A stretch of 64,000 nucleotides of DNA, taken from NCBI GenBank assembly GCA_041725955.1, contig JBGRQE010000011.1:348-64347 (forward strand), written 5' to 3'. Shown here piece by piece: positions 35,836-46,600 of the stretch. Source of the DNA: Bacteroidales bacterium. GTDB taxonomy: Bacteria > Bacteroidota > Bacteroidia > Bacteroidales > JBGRPZ01. Position numbers and translations under genes: made by a program. The notes beneath the pieces were generated by a model. It was given only the letters and a program-made list of their open reading frames with translations. It made no database searches and was not told where the DNA came from. Every line of letters begins with the position of its first letter. Position 1 is the stretch's first letter.

Positions 35836-38574
35836 ATGAGTAAGACTAAAGTTCGTAACAAAAATTCTACTAAGACCAAATTTATTACAAATTTTAGAAG
35901 CTTTTATGCCCAACATGGCGACAACATTAAAAAGATATATGGTTTCTTTTTAATCATTTTCGGGTTATACCTGACTGTGGCATTCTCTTCTTTTCTCTTT
36001 AATTATTTTCAATCCTATAGTGATGAATCAATTAGAGACATCTCGCTATACCGTATTTTCTTTGATTCAGAAATCGTAACTCACAACATAGCAGGAAAGC
36101 TAGGTGCCTTTTTATCCTATCTTATAATCAATGAAAGTTTTGGTATTTCGAGTTTCTTAATCGTTTTCTTCCTAATTGCATGGGGGATAAACTTCATATC
36201 AGGAAAACAAATCTTTTTACTATTGAGAGTCTTCTCTCAATTGCTAATTTCTGCAATCTGGATTTCCTTATTTTTGGGATTCTTTTTTCAAAATGAGCCT
36301 TTAAATATATTAGGTGGATATTTTGGTTTTAAACTTAATACTTGGATGACTCAAGTTCTTGGTCGACCAGGTACATTTCTAATTATTCTTTTCTATTTTT
36401 TTAGCTTCACTCAAATTAAATACAAATTCCCTCTGAGAACTATAATTTGGTTAGCAACTAAATGGAAAGAATACAACAAACAACAAAAAGAAAAAAGACG
36501 AATTCGCGCAGAAGAAAAAAGGCTTCAAAAAGAAAGAGAAACCGAAGAAGAAAATGAGCTTGAAGAAACAGAAATTAATGAAGAGCACAAATTTTCCTAC
36601 CCTAATAAATCTAATGAAGATCTTACTTTACAATATGAGAAAGAAGATAGTTTCATAGTCAATGAACATGAACCTTCCAATACAAGTACACATTCTGAAG
36701 CAATTCCAGAAGATCCTCAAGTATCATTTAATATAGATGAAAACCCATACGAAGACTCTAAAATACAAGATGATCCTATTACAGAAAAAATAATTCATAA
36801 TTTAGAAGAGGATAATTCTCAAGAAACAGAATCTACTAAAGAATCTGACTTATATTCAACAAGTAATATTTTCAAAAATAATTTAGATTTTTCTAATCCA
36901 GAACAAAACACCGAAAACACAGAACTTTTTCCTTCTGACGACTCCTTAGCTGAAATTGAGGTGAATAACACAGAATCCAATCCTGAAGAAGAACTTCAAT
37001 TGGAAACTCAAGAAATCATTCAAGAGCAAATTATTGAAACTAAAGATCAAGAAAGAGGTACTATTGATACACTCTTTGATCCAAAATTAGATTTAGCAAG
37101 ATATGAGCTCCCTCCTATCGATCTTTTGGTAGATTATGGAGATGGCAATATAAATGTTGAAAGAGAAGAGTTGCAAGCCAACAAAGATAGAATTGTTGAT
37201 ACACTTAATAACTATGGAATTAAGATTGACAAAATAAGGGCAACTATTGGGCCAACTATTACTCTCTATGAAATAATTCCTGCACCAGGTGTGCGGATAT
37301 CAAAAATCAAAAATCTTGAAGATGATATTGCTTTATCTTTATCTGCTCTAGGAATTAGAATTATTGCACCAATCCCAGGTAAAGGTACCATTGGAATTGA
37401 AGTTCCAAATCAAAACCCAGAAATGGTGGCAATGAAAACAGTTATTTCATCGAAAAAGTTCCAAGAATCAAAGATGGCACTGCCTCTAGCTTTAGGAAAA
37501 ACAATTTCGAATGAAACATTTGTTACAGATCTGGCAAAAATGCCCCATCTTTTAATGGCAGGAGCTACAGGACAAGGAAAATCAGTAGGAATTAATGCAA
37601 TCCTAGCCTCATTACTGTATAAAAAACATCCTGCTGAATTAAAATTTGTTTTAGTAGATCCCAAAAAAGTTGAATTAAGTATCTTCTCAAAAATAGAAAG
37701 ACATTATCTTGCCAAATTACCAGATGCTGAAGAAGCTATAATCACTGATACTACTAAGGTGGTAAATACATTGAATTCATTATGTATAGAAATGGACAAC
37801 AGATATGATTTACTAAAAAATGCTTTCTGTAGAAATTTAAAAGAATACAATGAAAAGTTTATCAACCGTAAATTAAATCCTAAAGACGGTCATAGATATC
37901 TGCCATATATAGTATTAATAATTGATGAATTTGCTGACTTAATTATGAATGCAGGAAAGGAAATTGAAACACCCATCGCAAGACTTGCTCAACTTGCCAG
38001 AGCAATTGGGATTCATCTTATCATTGCCACACAGCGTCCATCAACAAATATTATTACAGGTACTATAAAAGCAAATTTTCCTGCAAGGATTTCTTTTAGA
38101 GTAATATCAAGTATCGACTCACGTACAATTCTTGATAGTCCAGGAGCAAACAATCTTATTGGAAAAGGTGATATGCTACTAAATACAGGTAGTGAATTAA
38201 CTCGTATTCAATGTGCTTTTATTGATACCCCAGAAGTAGAAGCTATTACCGACTATATTGGCTCACAGCAAGGATATACGGATGCATTTCTACTTCCTGA
38301 ATACTCAGGAGAAAGTGAAAACACAGGTAATGAAATTAATATTTCAGATAGGGATGCCTTATTCGAAGATGCAGCAAGAATAATTGTGCAATCACAACAA
38401 GGCTCAACTTCTATGCTTCAAAGAAAATTAAAATTAGGATATAATAGAGCGGGCAGAATTGTTGATCAACTTGAAGCAGTTGGTGTACTTGGTCCATTTG
38501 AAGGTTCAAAAGCCAGAGAAGTTAGAATCTCTACAGAAGAGGAGTTGGAACGACTTTTGAACAGCTTAAATTAA
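35836..38574 (+). CDS. ftsK: DNA translocase FtsK
   Basis: N-terminal TM helices and a long acidic linker. Motor domain with Walker A GATGQGKS and Walker B LIIDEFADL. C-terminal gamma wHTH (STSMLQRKLKLGYNRAGRIVDQLE). Confidence 0.93.
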   Translation: MSKTKVRNKNSTKTKFITNFRSFYAQHGDNIKKIYGFFLIIFGLYLTVAFSSFLFNYFQSYSDESIRDISLYRIFFDSEIVTHNIAGKLGAFLSYLIINESFGISSFLIVFFLIAWGINFISGKQIFLLLRVFSQLLISAIWISLFLGFFFQNEPLNILGGYFGFKLNTWMTQVLGRPGTFLIILFYFFSFTQIKYKFPLRTIIWLATKWKEYNKQQKEKRRIRAEEKRLQKERETEEENELEETEINEEHKFSYPNKSNEDLTLQYEKEDSFIVNEHEPSNTSTHSEAIPEDPQVSFNIDENPYEDSKIQDDPITEKIIHNLEEDNSQETESTKESDLYSTSNIFKNNLDFSNPEQNTENTELFPSDDSLAEIEVNNTESNPEEELQLETQEIIQEQIIETKDQERGTIDTLFDPKLDLARYELPPIDLLVDYGDGNINVEREELQANKDRIVDTLNNYGIKIDKIRATIGPTITLYEIIPAPGVRISKIKNLEDDIALSLSALGIRIIAPIPGKGTIGIEVPNQNPEMVAMKTVISSKKFQESKMALPLALGKTISNETFVTDLAKMPHLLMAGATGQGKSVGINAILASLLYKKHPAELKFVLVDPKKVELSIFSKIERHYLAKLPDAEEAIITDTTKVVNTLNSLCIEMDNRYDLLKNAFCRNLKEYNEKFINRKLNPKDGHRYLPYIVLIIDEFADLIMNAGKEIETPIARLAQLARAIGIHLIIATQRPSTNIITGTIKANFPARISFRVISSIDSRTILDSPGANNLIGKGDMLLNTGSELTRIQCAFIDTPEVEAITDYIGSQQGYTDAFLLPEYSGESENTGNEINISDRDALFEDAARIIVQSQQGSTSMLQRKLKLGYNRAGRIVDQLEAVGVLGPFEGSKAREVRISTEEELERLLNSLN

Positions 38575-38587
38575 AACAGAATATTAA

Positions 38588-39223
38588 ATGAAAAAATCAA
38601 TTTTTATCACACTTGCAATCTTTATTTCAGTAACATGTTTTGGGCAAAACAAAAAAGCTGAAATATTATTAAAAAATTTAATAAAAGAAACCACTTCATA
38701 TAAAGCTGTTGAAACAGAGATTTCCATTAAAATGGAAAATAGTGAAGCTGGAATTAATGAAACAAAAAGTGGCAAGATATTTTTTTCTGGAAATAAATAT
38801 AGAATTGAACTTCCAGGACAATACATTATTTCAGATGGAAAAACAGTATGGACATACATTGAGGATGATGAAGAAGTAATGATAAACAATGTTGAAAAAG
38901 AAGAAAACTCTTTTTCTATAACCAATATACTAACCTCCTATAATGATAATTACAATATCAAATACGGAGGACAAGAGACCATAAAGAATGAAAAATATGA
39001 AATTATCGATTTAGCCCCTAAAACAGATAATAATTTAAAACTAATTCAACTTTATGTAAGCTCTTCTCCACTCAGGGTTAAAGAAGTGAAATCTCATGAT
39101 AAAAATGGCAGCATTTATATCTATCAAATAAAAAAATTCATTCCTCTTTCATCATTTAAAGATTCTCTATTTACATTTTCTGAAAAAGAATTTCCTAATG
39201 TAGAAGTCAATGACATGAGATAA
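38588..39223 (+). CDS. lolA: Outer-membrane lipoprotein carrier protein LolA-like
   Basis: 211 aa with a signal peptide. Its position directly after ftsK (13-nt gap) is conserved in Bacteroidetes. GKIFFSGNKYRIEL...DGKTVWTY pattern. Confidence 0.7.
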   Translation: MKKSIFITLAIFISVTCFGQNKKAEILLKNLIKETTSYKAVETEISIKMENSEAGINETKSGKIFFSGNKYRIELPGQYIISDGKTVWTYIEDDEEVMINNVEKEENSFSITNILTSYNDNYNIKYGGQETIKNEKYEIIDLAPKTDNNLKLIQLYVSSSPLRVKEVKSHDKNGSIYIYQIKKFIPLSSFKDSLFTFSEKEFPNVEVNDMR

Positions 39224-39231
39224 AGAACAAT

Positions 39232-39272
39232 AAAGGAGCTATCGTCTCGGACAGCTCCTTTATCTTTTATTT
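39232..39272 (+). terminator. Intrinsic terminator after ftsK-lolA
   Basis: aaaggagct (39232-39240) / agctccttt (39253-39261), perfect 9-bp stem with a 12-nt loop. Followed by atcttttatttt. Confidence 0.65.
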
Positions 39273-39369
39273 TACCCAAATTATAATTTCAACTTTTACT
39301 CTGGCATTTAATTTCGCAATAAACGTTTTTTCGCTTCGTTCTTTAACGGACTCTAAAAACTAAATTGTT

Positions 39370-40197
39370 ATGTGTAAATTCTACAGTAAACCCCAAGACT
39401 TTAGACTTGCTATTGCCCTACTTTTTTTATCATTATTTGGTTTTAATTCTACAAAAGCACAGATCAATACAGAAATGTATAGAAATCGTATTCATAAATA
39501 CGGTATAAATTTCCAAAACAAAACAGAATTATCATTTAAATCGGGAAATTCAGATTATATATGTGTTTATGAAGATGTGTGTGTAGGGCTTCAAAATAAA
39601 ATTAATCAATTGTATCTAATTGGTCATTACAAATTTAAAGAATCTGACAAAGTAAAAAGTACCAACGAAGGCTATATTCATTTAAGATGGGTTAGAAATC
39701 TGAATTCTATATTTGCTCTAGAAAGTTTCACGCAAAAAGGATTTGATCAATTTATTAGCCTTAAAGACAGAAATTTAATCGGAGTTGGAGCAAAAATCAA
39801 AATCATAGAATGGCTATCTGACAAACAAGAAGAAAAGATTTTTGACTGCGATCATAGATTCCAATTATTTGGAGGTGTGGGTGTAATGTTCGAAAATGAA
39901 AATTATAATTTACCCAACAATAAAGTGCAAATAATCAACTTGGCAAGAAGTACCAATTATATAAATTTCCTTTGGAAAATAACAAAACACCTTGACCTTT
40001 CTTGCGCTAGTTATTACCAACCAGCATTTAAAGATTTTAAAAATTTCAGAATGATCGGTAACCTATCACTAGAAATACAAGTTGCTAAACATTTGGCAAT
40101 GACAACAACGTATTGGTATAGGTATGATAGTAAGCCCACAGTTGCTCCACACAAACTTGATCAGGAATTAATTTATGGTTTAAATTTTTCCATCTAA
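39370..40197 (+). CDS. DUF481-like outer-membrane beta-barrel protein
   Basis: 275 aa with a signal peptide. Alternating beta-strand pattern; RWVRNL...FTQKGFDQFISLKDRNLIGVGAK; C-terminal aromatic-rich strand. Confidence 0.55.
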   Translation: MCKFYSKPQDFRLAIALLFLSLFGFNSTKAQINTEMYRNRIHKYGINFQNKTELSFKSGNSDYICVYEDVCVGLQNKINQLYLIGHYKFKESDKVKSTNEGYIHLRWVRNLNSIFALESFTQKGFDQFISLKDRNLIGVGAKIKIIEWLSDKQEEKIFDCDHRFQLFGGVGVMFENENYNLPNNKVQIINLARSTNYINFLWKITKHLDLSCASYYQPAFKDFKNFRMIGNLSLEIQVAKHLAMTTTYWYRYDSKPTVAPHKLDQELIYGLNFSI

Positions 40198-40237
40198 TTT
40201 TTCCCGTATAGGGTAACTTATATAAAAAGAACTTTCA

Positions 40238-40271
40238 AAAGGCTGTCCAAAATCTAAATTGGATGGCCTTT
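40238..40271. terminator. Bidirectional terminator between convergent DUF481 and GT4 genes
   Basis: aaaggctgtccaa (40238-40250) / ttggatggccttt (40259-40271), a 13-bp stem including two G-U pairs. Its right arm touches the GT4 stop codon. Confidence 0.55.
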
Positions 40272-41467
40272 TACTTTTTACCCAGATCATAAAACATCTC
40301 TAAAAAATTAGCTACTTCGTTTTTTGCGAAAATTGATTGTGCATCCTTAGAAATGCTTAATCTGTCATATTTATCGCATTTATCTAGAAACAAGTTTATC
40401 TTTTCTAATAATTGATCTTCATCTTTTGGATCACAAAGAACCCCATTGTCTTCTGTAATATATTCAGGAATACCTCCTACCCTGCTAGAAAGAACAGGTA
40501 CACCACAGCAAAGACTCTCACTAATCACAACTGGAAAATTCTCATAATTACTAAATTGAAGAGTAAAGTCAGCCTTTTGCAACTCTTTTGCCAATACAAT
40601 TCCTTCCATTATTCCCATAAAATGAATAAAACGACCTGTAAGATTTAACTCATCACTTAACAGACGTATTTCTCCCATATCTTCGCCATCACCAATAAGG
40701 ATCAATTTAAAATCATCACGAATCTGCGACAATCTCCCTATAACACGAACTATACCTTTTATATTTTTTGATCGATCTTCAAAACAACTAATATGAACAA
40801 TATTCTTGATTTTTGACGATTCTTTTTGTTGATAGTAAAACAGCTTAGAATCAACTACATTAGGAAGAATAACAAATTTTTCGTGATTTATACCATATGA
40901 CTGAATAGCTTTACGTAAATCCTTAGTAACTGCAGTAATTCCTGAAGAATGTTTTACTGCAATTCGAGTTAATTTTCTTCGTAAAAAACCATTAAAACCA
41001 CTATTTACAGGAAGATAACGCGACCAATGTTCTGTTATATAATAAGGGATATTATAAACTAATTTTAGAATAGATGCAATTACTCCAAATCTGCTTAATA
41101 CGTGTACATGAATAAAATCGGGCTTCCCATTTGTCCTTATAAGAAAAAACCAAGCTTTTAGAAAACTAATTAAAAAAAAACTCATTCTTAAAAGCCCACG
41201 AAAAATTGAAATCGAAGTGTTTGTTGTTTTATAATATACAAGAATATTATTTATTCCATTTTTAGTAAAATTATTTAATACAAATCGCTTCTTTTGTTTA
41301 TTTACAGGAACTATAGAAATAACACTCAAATCATAAAGAGAAGAAATTGATTCGGCATGCCTCTCAACAAATAAACCAAACATAGGATCATTTTTATGTG
41401 GATACCATCTTGCAAGAAACAATGCTTTTAACTTCTCCTTCTCCATCTCAAAAATCTTTGTTTTCAT
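40271..41467 (-). CDS. Family-4 (GT-B, GT1-clan) glycosyltransferase
   Basis: C-terminal EGIVLAKE...SNYENFPVVISESLCCGVPVLSSRVGGIPE motif (E-x7-E type). The track ORF extends to 41596 through an implausible hydrophobic leader. I prefer the ATG at 41467 (MKTKIF), with the ATG at 41446 as an alternative. Confidence 0.8.
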   Translation of the reverse strand: MKTKIFEMEKEKLKALFLARWYPHKNDPMFGLFVERHAESISSLYDLSVISIVPVNKQKKRFVLNNFTKNGINNILVYYKTTNTSISIFRGLLRMSFFLISFLKAWFFLIRTNGKPDFIHVHVLSRFGVIASILKLVYNIPYYITEHWSRYLPVNSGFNGFLRRKLTRIAVKHSSGITAVTKDLRKAIQSYGINHEKFVILPNVVDSKLFYYQQKESSKIKNIVHISCFEDRSKNIKGIVRVIGRLSQIRDDFKLILIGDGEDMGEIRLLSDELNLTGRFIHFMGIMEGIVLAKELQKADFTLQFSNYENFPVVISESLCCGVPVLSSRVGGIPEYITEDNGVLCDPKDEDQLLEKINLFLDKCDKYDRLSISKDAQSIFAKNEVANFLEMFYDLGKK

Positions 41468-41473
41468 TTTATG

Positions 41474-41481
41474 CAAAAATA
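41474..41481 (-). promoter_or_regulatory. -7 promoter box TATTTTTG (minus strand) for the GT4 gene
   Basis: The + strand shows CAAAAATA. It lies only 7 nt upstream of the ATG at 41467, implying a leaderless or very short-leader mRNA, or use of the ATG at 41446. Confidence 0.3.
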
Positions 41482-41665
41482 TAAAATACCCCATATAAAT
41501 ACATATTTTAATTATTTTCAGCCCTACACATGGATATTTAAAGAAAAAGTTTACCCTTTCAATAACGAAAAAGAAAAAAAAACACATTAAAAACACTGTA
41601 CACCAAACCTATAGAAGTACTAATTTTTAACTTTTAAAAGACAAAAAACTTTACTAACTTGTGAC

Positions 41666-42031
41666 ATGTCAAATTTAATGGATTATTATTCCGTTAATCC
41701 AAAGCAAATAATTTCTACTATGCTAGAATTCCACTATAAGTTTGAAGATATTAATCATTATCCTAATTTCGGAAGCGTTTTATTTCCTAATCCAGAACAT
41801 ATATCGCCAAAGGATGCAGAAAATCTCGTTATTAAAAAATTAATGGACGGAATGTTTTTTCTTCCAGAAAAATGGGAAATTCCAAAAGTAATTATAGATT
41901 CATGGCAAAATAAAAACAAAGTAAGATGGTATCAATTTGATAAAATAACAGAAGCTGATATTTTAGATAGGCATATTATGGATTACACTTTTAAAGAGTG
42001 GGTAAAAAAAATAAAATCCTTTAATACATAA
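41666..42031 (+). CDS. Hypothetical protein
   Basis: 121-aa ORF with an ATG start in a coding-looking region. No motif recognised. Confidence 0.4.
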   Translation: MSNLMDYYSVNPKQIISTMLEFHYKFEDINHYPNFGSVLFPNPEHISPKDAENLVIKKLMDGMFFLPEKWEIPKVIIDSWQNKNKVRWYQFDKITEADILDRHIMDYTFKEWVKKIKSFNT

Positions 42032-42110
42032 AATATACATATTCTAAGCGAATCGGTTAATCGCTTTTCGTTAACATTAATTTTTATCTTCATAAACATA
42101 AGCTTTTTCA

Positions 42111-42118
42111 TATTTTTG
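42111..42118 (+). promoter_or_regulatory. -7 promoter box TATTTTTG
   Basis: Exact TAnnTTTG match 14 nt upstream of the ATG at 42132. Confidence 0.3.
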
Positions 42119-42131
42119 CGAAAACAAAAAA

Positions 42132-43433
42132 ATGATCAAGAAGATATTTAATACTGCTGGGACTAAAATTACTTATGTTTTATTAAATTTTTTGATTACG
42201 ATTATCGCTGCAAAATTTCTATTAGAAGATAATCTGGCAATCATCTATTTATTCTCATTTAGTGTTACAATAACTCAATTGATTTCAGACACTGTAAGCG
42301 GCAGTCCCACAACTTATTTTACACCAAAAATAAAGCCCTGGCAAATATATATACCAGGCATTACATGGACATTTTGTTCTATAATTATTAACTTTAGTTT
42401 ATTTAGAATTCTCAGCTTATTTCCAAGAGCATACAATGCCTGTGTACCAGGTAATTTAGAAAAAGAAATTTTAATTTGTGCAACACTTCTTTCTCTTTGT
42501 AATTTAAATTACAACTTCCTATTGGGGCAAAAAAAAATAAAGAAATACAACCTAAGTTTTCTAATACAAATAATATCATTAATAAGTCTATTTGCATTTT
42601 TTATTTTCGTTTTAAAAATAAAAAACTATTATGCTTATGTATTTGCATTTTTCTTATCATACACTATAACTTTGTTATTAACAAGTGCTTGGTGCTTACC
42701 TCAATTATTTAAAAATAAAATCAAAAAACCATACAAATACATGCAAGAGATGCTAATGTATGGATGGAAAACTCAATTAACAAATCTAATTTTCTTAGGA
42801 AATAAAAAAATTAGCTTACCTATAATTAATGATAAATTAGGAAAAGGTCCTGTTGCATTTTTAGGAGCAGGAAACCAAATCATTGAAGGTCTTCGAATCA
42901 TAAGTCAAAGTATTGCACTTATTCAGTATTCAGAAATCATAAATTGCAATGACTCAGAAAAAAACAAAAGAATAACACTTAGTTTTATAAAAATAGCAAC
43001 AGTTATTACGCTATTTGGAATATTTGTTTTAATGCTTATTCCTACATCAATTTATGTTTGGCTTTTAAATGATAACTTTATCGAAATTAAAAGCGTCATT
43101 CTCAGTTTATCTCCTGGAATGTTATTTTTTCCAACAAAAGTTTTACTTGATCACTATTTTTCGGGAATTAACAAACTGAAATACAATATAATTGGAACTT
43201 CCATAGGCTTTGTAATAGTCATACCTATGATTTATTTCCTAATTCCAATTTTCGGGTTTATTGGAGCAAACTTAGCTGTTTCATTTGCTAGTTTAGCCAA
43301 TGCTATATTCTTATTTGCAATCTTTTACAGAATGCACAAACCCAAATTAATAGATATATTCCCCAATAAAAATGATATTAGCCTGATAAAAAAGAAAATA
43401 GCTGATTTCAAAGTCAAAATGAAAAGAAAATAA
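42132..43433 (+). CDS. Polysaccharide biosynthesis / oligosaccharide flippase (Wzx-like, MOP superfamily) membrane protein
   Basis: 433 aa with ~12 hydrophobic segments and a lysine-rich tail. Lies in a glycosyltransferase context. Family assigned from topology and context only. Confidence 0.55.
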   Translation: MIKKIFNTAGTKITYVLLNFLITIIAAKFLLEDNLAIIYLFSFSVTITQLISDTVSGSPTTYFTPKIKPWQIYIPGITWTFCSIIINFSLFRILSLFPRAYNACVPGNLEKEILICATLLSLCNLNYNFLLGQKKIKKYNLSFLIQIISLISLFAFFIFVLKIKNYYAYVFAFFLSYTITLLLTSAWCLPQLFKNKIKKPYKYMQEMLMYGWKTQLTNLIFLGNKKISLPIINDKLGKGPVAFLGAGNQIIEGLRIISQSIALIQYSEIINCNDSEKNKRITLSFIKIATVITLFGIFVLMLIPTSIYVWLLNDNFIEIKSVILSLSPGMLFFPTKVLLDHYFSGINKLKYNIIGTSIGFVIVIPMIYFLIPIFGFIGANLAVSFASLANAIFLFAIFYRMHKPKLIDIFPNKNDISLIKKKIADFKVKMKRK

Positions 43434-43623
43434 AAATACTGCAACCATAATTAAAATAGCAAAATAAAATGATTCACTTATATTTCTATGCTATTGGGGT
43501 TGGATGTTGTTATGTGTAAAAAAACACGGTTCGTTAATATTGGTTAGTTAAGTTTTTTTTATAATTTGCTACTCTTGTTTTCTGGGGAAACATACAGAGC
43601 ATTTATAAAAGAAAAATGAATAC

Positions 43624-46600
43624 ATGAAAAATTTACTTTCCATAATAACTTTTATCCTTTTATCATTCAACCTCTTTGGACAAATTACAATTAATGAAGT
43701 ATGTAAAAATAATTCAACCACAATTAAGGATGAAGACAAAGAAGCATCTTCTTGGATAGAAATATATAATTATGGAAAAGAAAAAGTAAAGCTTGAAAAT
43801 TACTACTTAAGCGATGACCAATACAACCCTTTAAAATGGCAATTGCCGAAAATCGAAATAAATCCAGAATCATTTGAAGTTATCTTTTGTAGCAAAAAAA
43901 ATCGCCGAGCATCAGTAAATCATTGGATTAACCCTGTAACGTCTCAAAGCAGTTGGCTTTACTTTACGACTAAAAAGGAAATCGATTCCGACTGGATGAC
44001 ACCAAGCTATAAACCTGATCATAAGTGGAAGACAGGCAAAATGCCAATTGGATATGGTGATAATAATGATATAACAATTGTAGAAGATGACAAAAATGTT
44101 TTTGCCAGATTTGAATTTCAAGTAAGTGATACAGCAAATATTCAATGCGCTCTTTTGCATATGGATTATGACGATGCTACCGTAGTATACATAAACGGTA
44201 TTGATGTATATAGAAAAGACCTTAAACACTCAGGAAAACCAATTGTACCTGCTCAACAGGCAAGAGCAGAAAAAGAACCCAGACTTATAAATAATCTGCC
44301 TCCTTTAACTCAAATGCTTAATCAAGAAAAAGCTAAGTCGGTATTAAAGAAAGGAAAGAATTTAATAGCAATTCAAGTTCATGACAATGATTTGAATAAT
44401 AAAGAAAATGATCTATCTGCTGCATTTTGGCTAAGTATTGGGTATTCTGAAAAAAACACTGAAGAAAATACAATTATAAAGAACTTCCCATATTTCCAAC
44501 CCGAATTCCATACAAATTTCAAGCTTGGAGCTAGTGATAATCAAGTAATATTAAGTTCTAAAGACTTGAGTTTTCAAGAAACATTTAAAGTTGACTCAAC
44601 GGGTTTAGACGAAAGTATTATAAGGTGGACAGATGGGCAAAAACAAATATGGAAAACAAAGGAAGCAACTCCAAAATCATCAAACAACTTAGCTTCAGTA
44701 TTTTTAAACTATTCAAATTCTACAGTTGAACCATCCATTAATTCAGGATTCTATGATTCAGCAATCGACCTATTGTTAAAATCATCAAACGAAAAAGATA
44801 TTATTCATTTTACTCTGGATGGCTCTGAACCGAATATCTCTTCAAAGATCTTTTCAAAACCGCTTAATATTGACAAAACAACTGTTGTTAAAGTAAAATG
44901 CTATGGTAAGAACAATGCTCCCGGAAAAACCTTTTGTTATACATATATAATTGGAGAAAAACACGATCTTCCTACTGTTGTAATAAGTACAAACCCCGAA
45001 TTATTATTTGATCCAATAACAGGAATTTATGTTTTAGGTCCAGAGGGTCAAAATTGGGAAACGGCAAAGTATTTTGCTAATTTTTGGAAAGACATAGAGA
45101 TTCCTGTACATTTCGACTACTTTGATGCTTTGGGAAAACATAAATTCAACACAAAAGTAGGTGCCAAAATTCATGGTAACTGGTCTAGAGCCTTACCTCA
45201 AAAATCTTTCCGACTCGCAAAACGAGCCAAATATGGCAATTCAAACCTCAACTACCCTTTTTTTGAAGATGATAATGATTATAATTTTGAAGATCTAGTC
45301 ATTCGTAATTCAGGAAATGACTTCCGATTGGCACATATACGTGATGTATACACTCAAAACATAATATTAAATCACAGTACACTAGACGCTCAAAAAGCCC
45401 AAGCAGTTGCTTCCTATATCAATGAAGAATATTGGGGTTTGCAATATATCAGAGAGAAAGTAAATGTTGCATTTTTAGAAAAACATCATGCCGTTGACAG
45501 AGAAAAAATATGTCTACTAGAAAAAAATGGAACAGTAATTAAAGGTTCGAATAAAGAATATATCAAACTGATTGAATATGTAAGAAACCACAAGTTGGAG
45601 AATCAAACCGAGTATAAATACATCTCAGATAGAATCGATATTTCCAACTTAATTGATTATAGTATTTTCCAACTTTTCTTCTTAAACTCTGATTGGCCAA
45701 GAAACAACTTAAAACTATGGAAAGCACCTAATACCAAGTGGAAATTTATACCCTATGACCTTGATGTCACTCTTGGATATTTTAAAACTCATACTTATTT
45801 CGACCAATTTGAATTATTAAAAAACAATGAATGTGACTTTTCCCATCTACTCAATAAACTTCTAAAAAACCCTTCTTTTTCAAGGCATTTTATTCTTCGC
45901 TACACCGATCTTTTAAATACAGCCTTATGCTCAGATAGTTTAAAGAATAACTTATTCTCCTTAAAAAAGAAAATAGAAAATGAAATGCTTAAACATAGGG
46001 AAAGGTGGAAAGATCAAGAAATATCTTTTAATTGGAAATATGATATCGAAAGGATTGAATATTTTATAAAGTATGGCCCTTCTTATGTTTTCGCTAATCT
46101 TAAAGATAAATTTATACTAGATGAAGCCAAAGATATAAATATTATAACCAAGGATAATGGGTACATACAAGTTAATTCTCTAATTATAGATAAGAAGAAT
46201 TGGAAAGGAAAATATTTCCGTAGCATTCCATTAACCTTCAACGCCCTACCTAAAAAGGGGTTTATATTCTCTCACTGGACTCTAAATGGCAAAAAGTTTG
46301 ACAAATCAGAACATAAAGAATTAGAAATTCAATTTAAGGAAAATGATACTCTTGAAGTATTTTTCTCTAAGGATTTAAAAAAAGCCCCCCCTATTTACTT
46401 CAGTGAAATATGTTTTAACCAAGTAAAAGATCACAATTGTGGTGATTGGATAGAACTTTTAAACATTTCAAAAGAAGACTATAACATCTCTAATTGGAGA
46501 ATCAAATCTGCTTCAAAAGAGACTTATACTATTCCAGAAAATACAATTTTAAAACCAAATCAAAGACTTATAATTGCATGGAATAAAGATCTATTTAATT

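Noticed and set aside
38584-38925. 113-aa minus-strand ORF antisense to lolA, and similar short ORFs antisense to other genes (e.g. 391-642, 3148-3360, 5865-6053, 16025-16357, 22022-22225, 23027-23296, 43912-44229, 57483-61663 series)
   Set aside because: All are nested in, or antisense to, longer ORFs with strong family signatures. The translations look like antisense noise (Ile/Leu/Phe/Ser-rich, no motifs).
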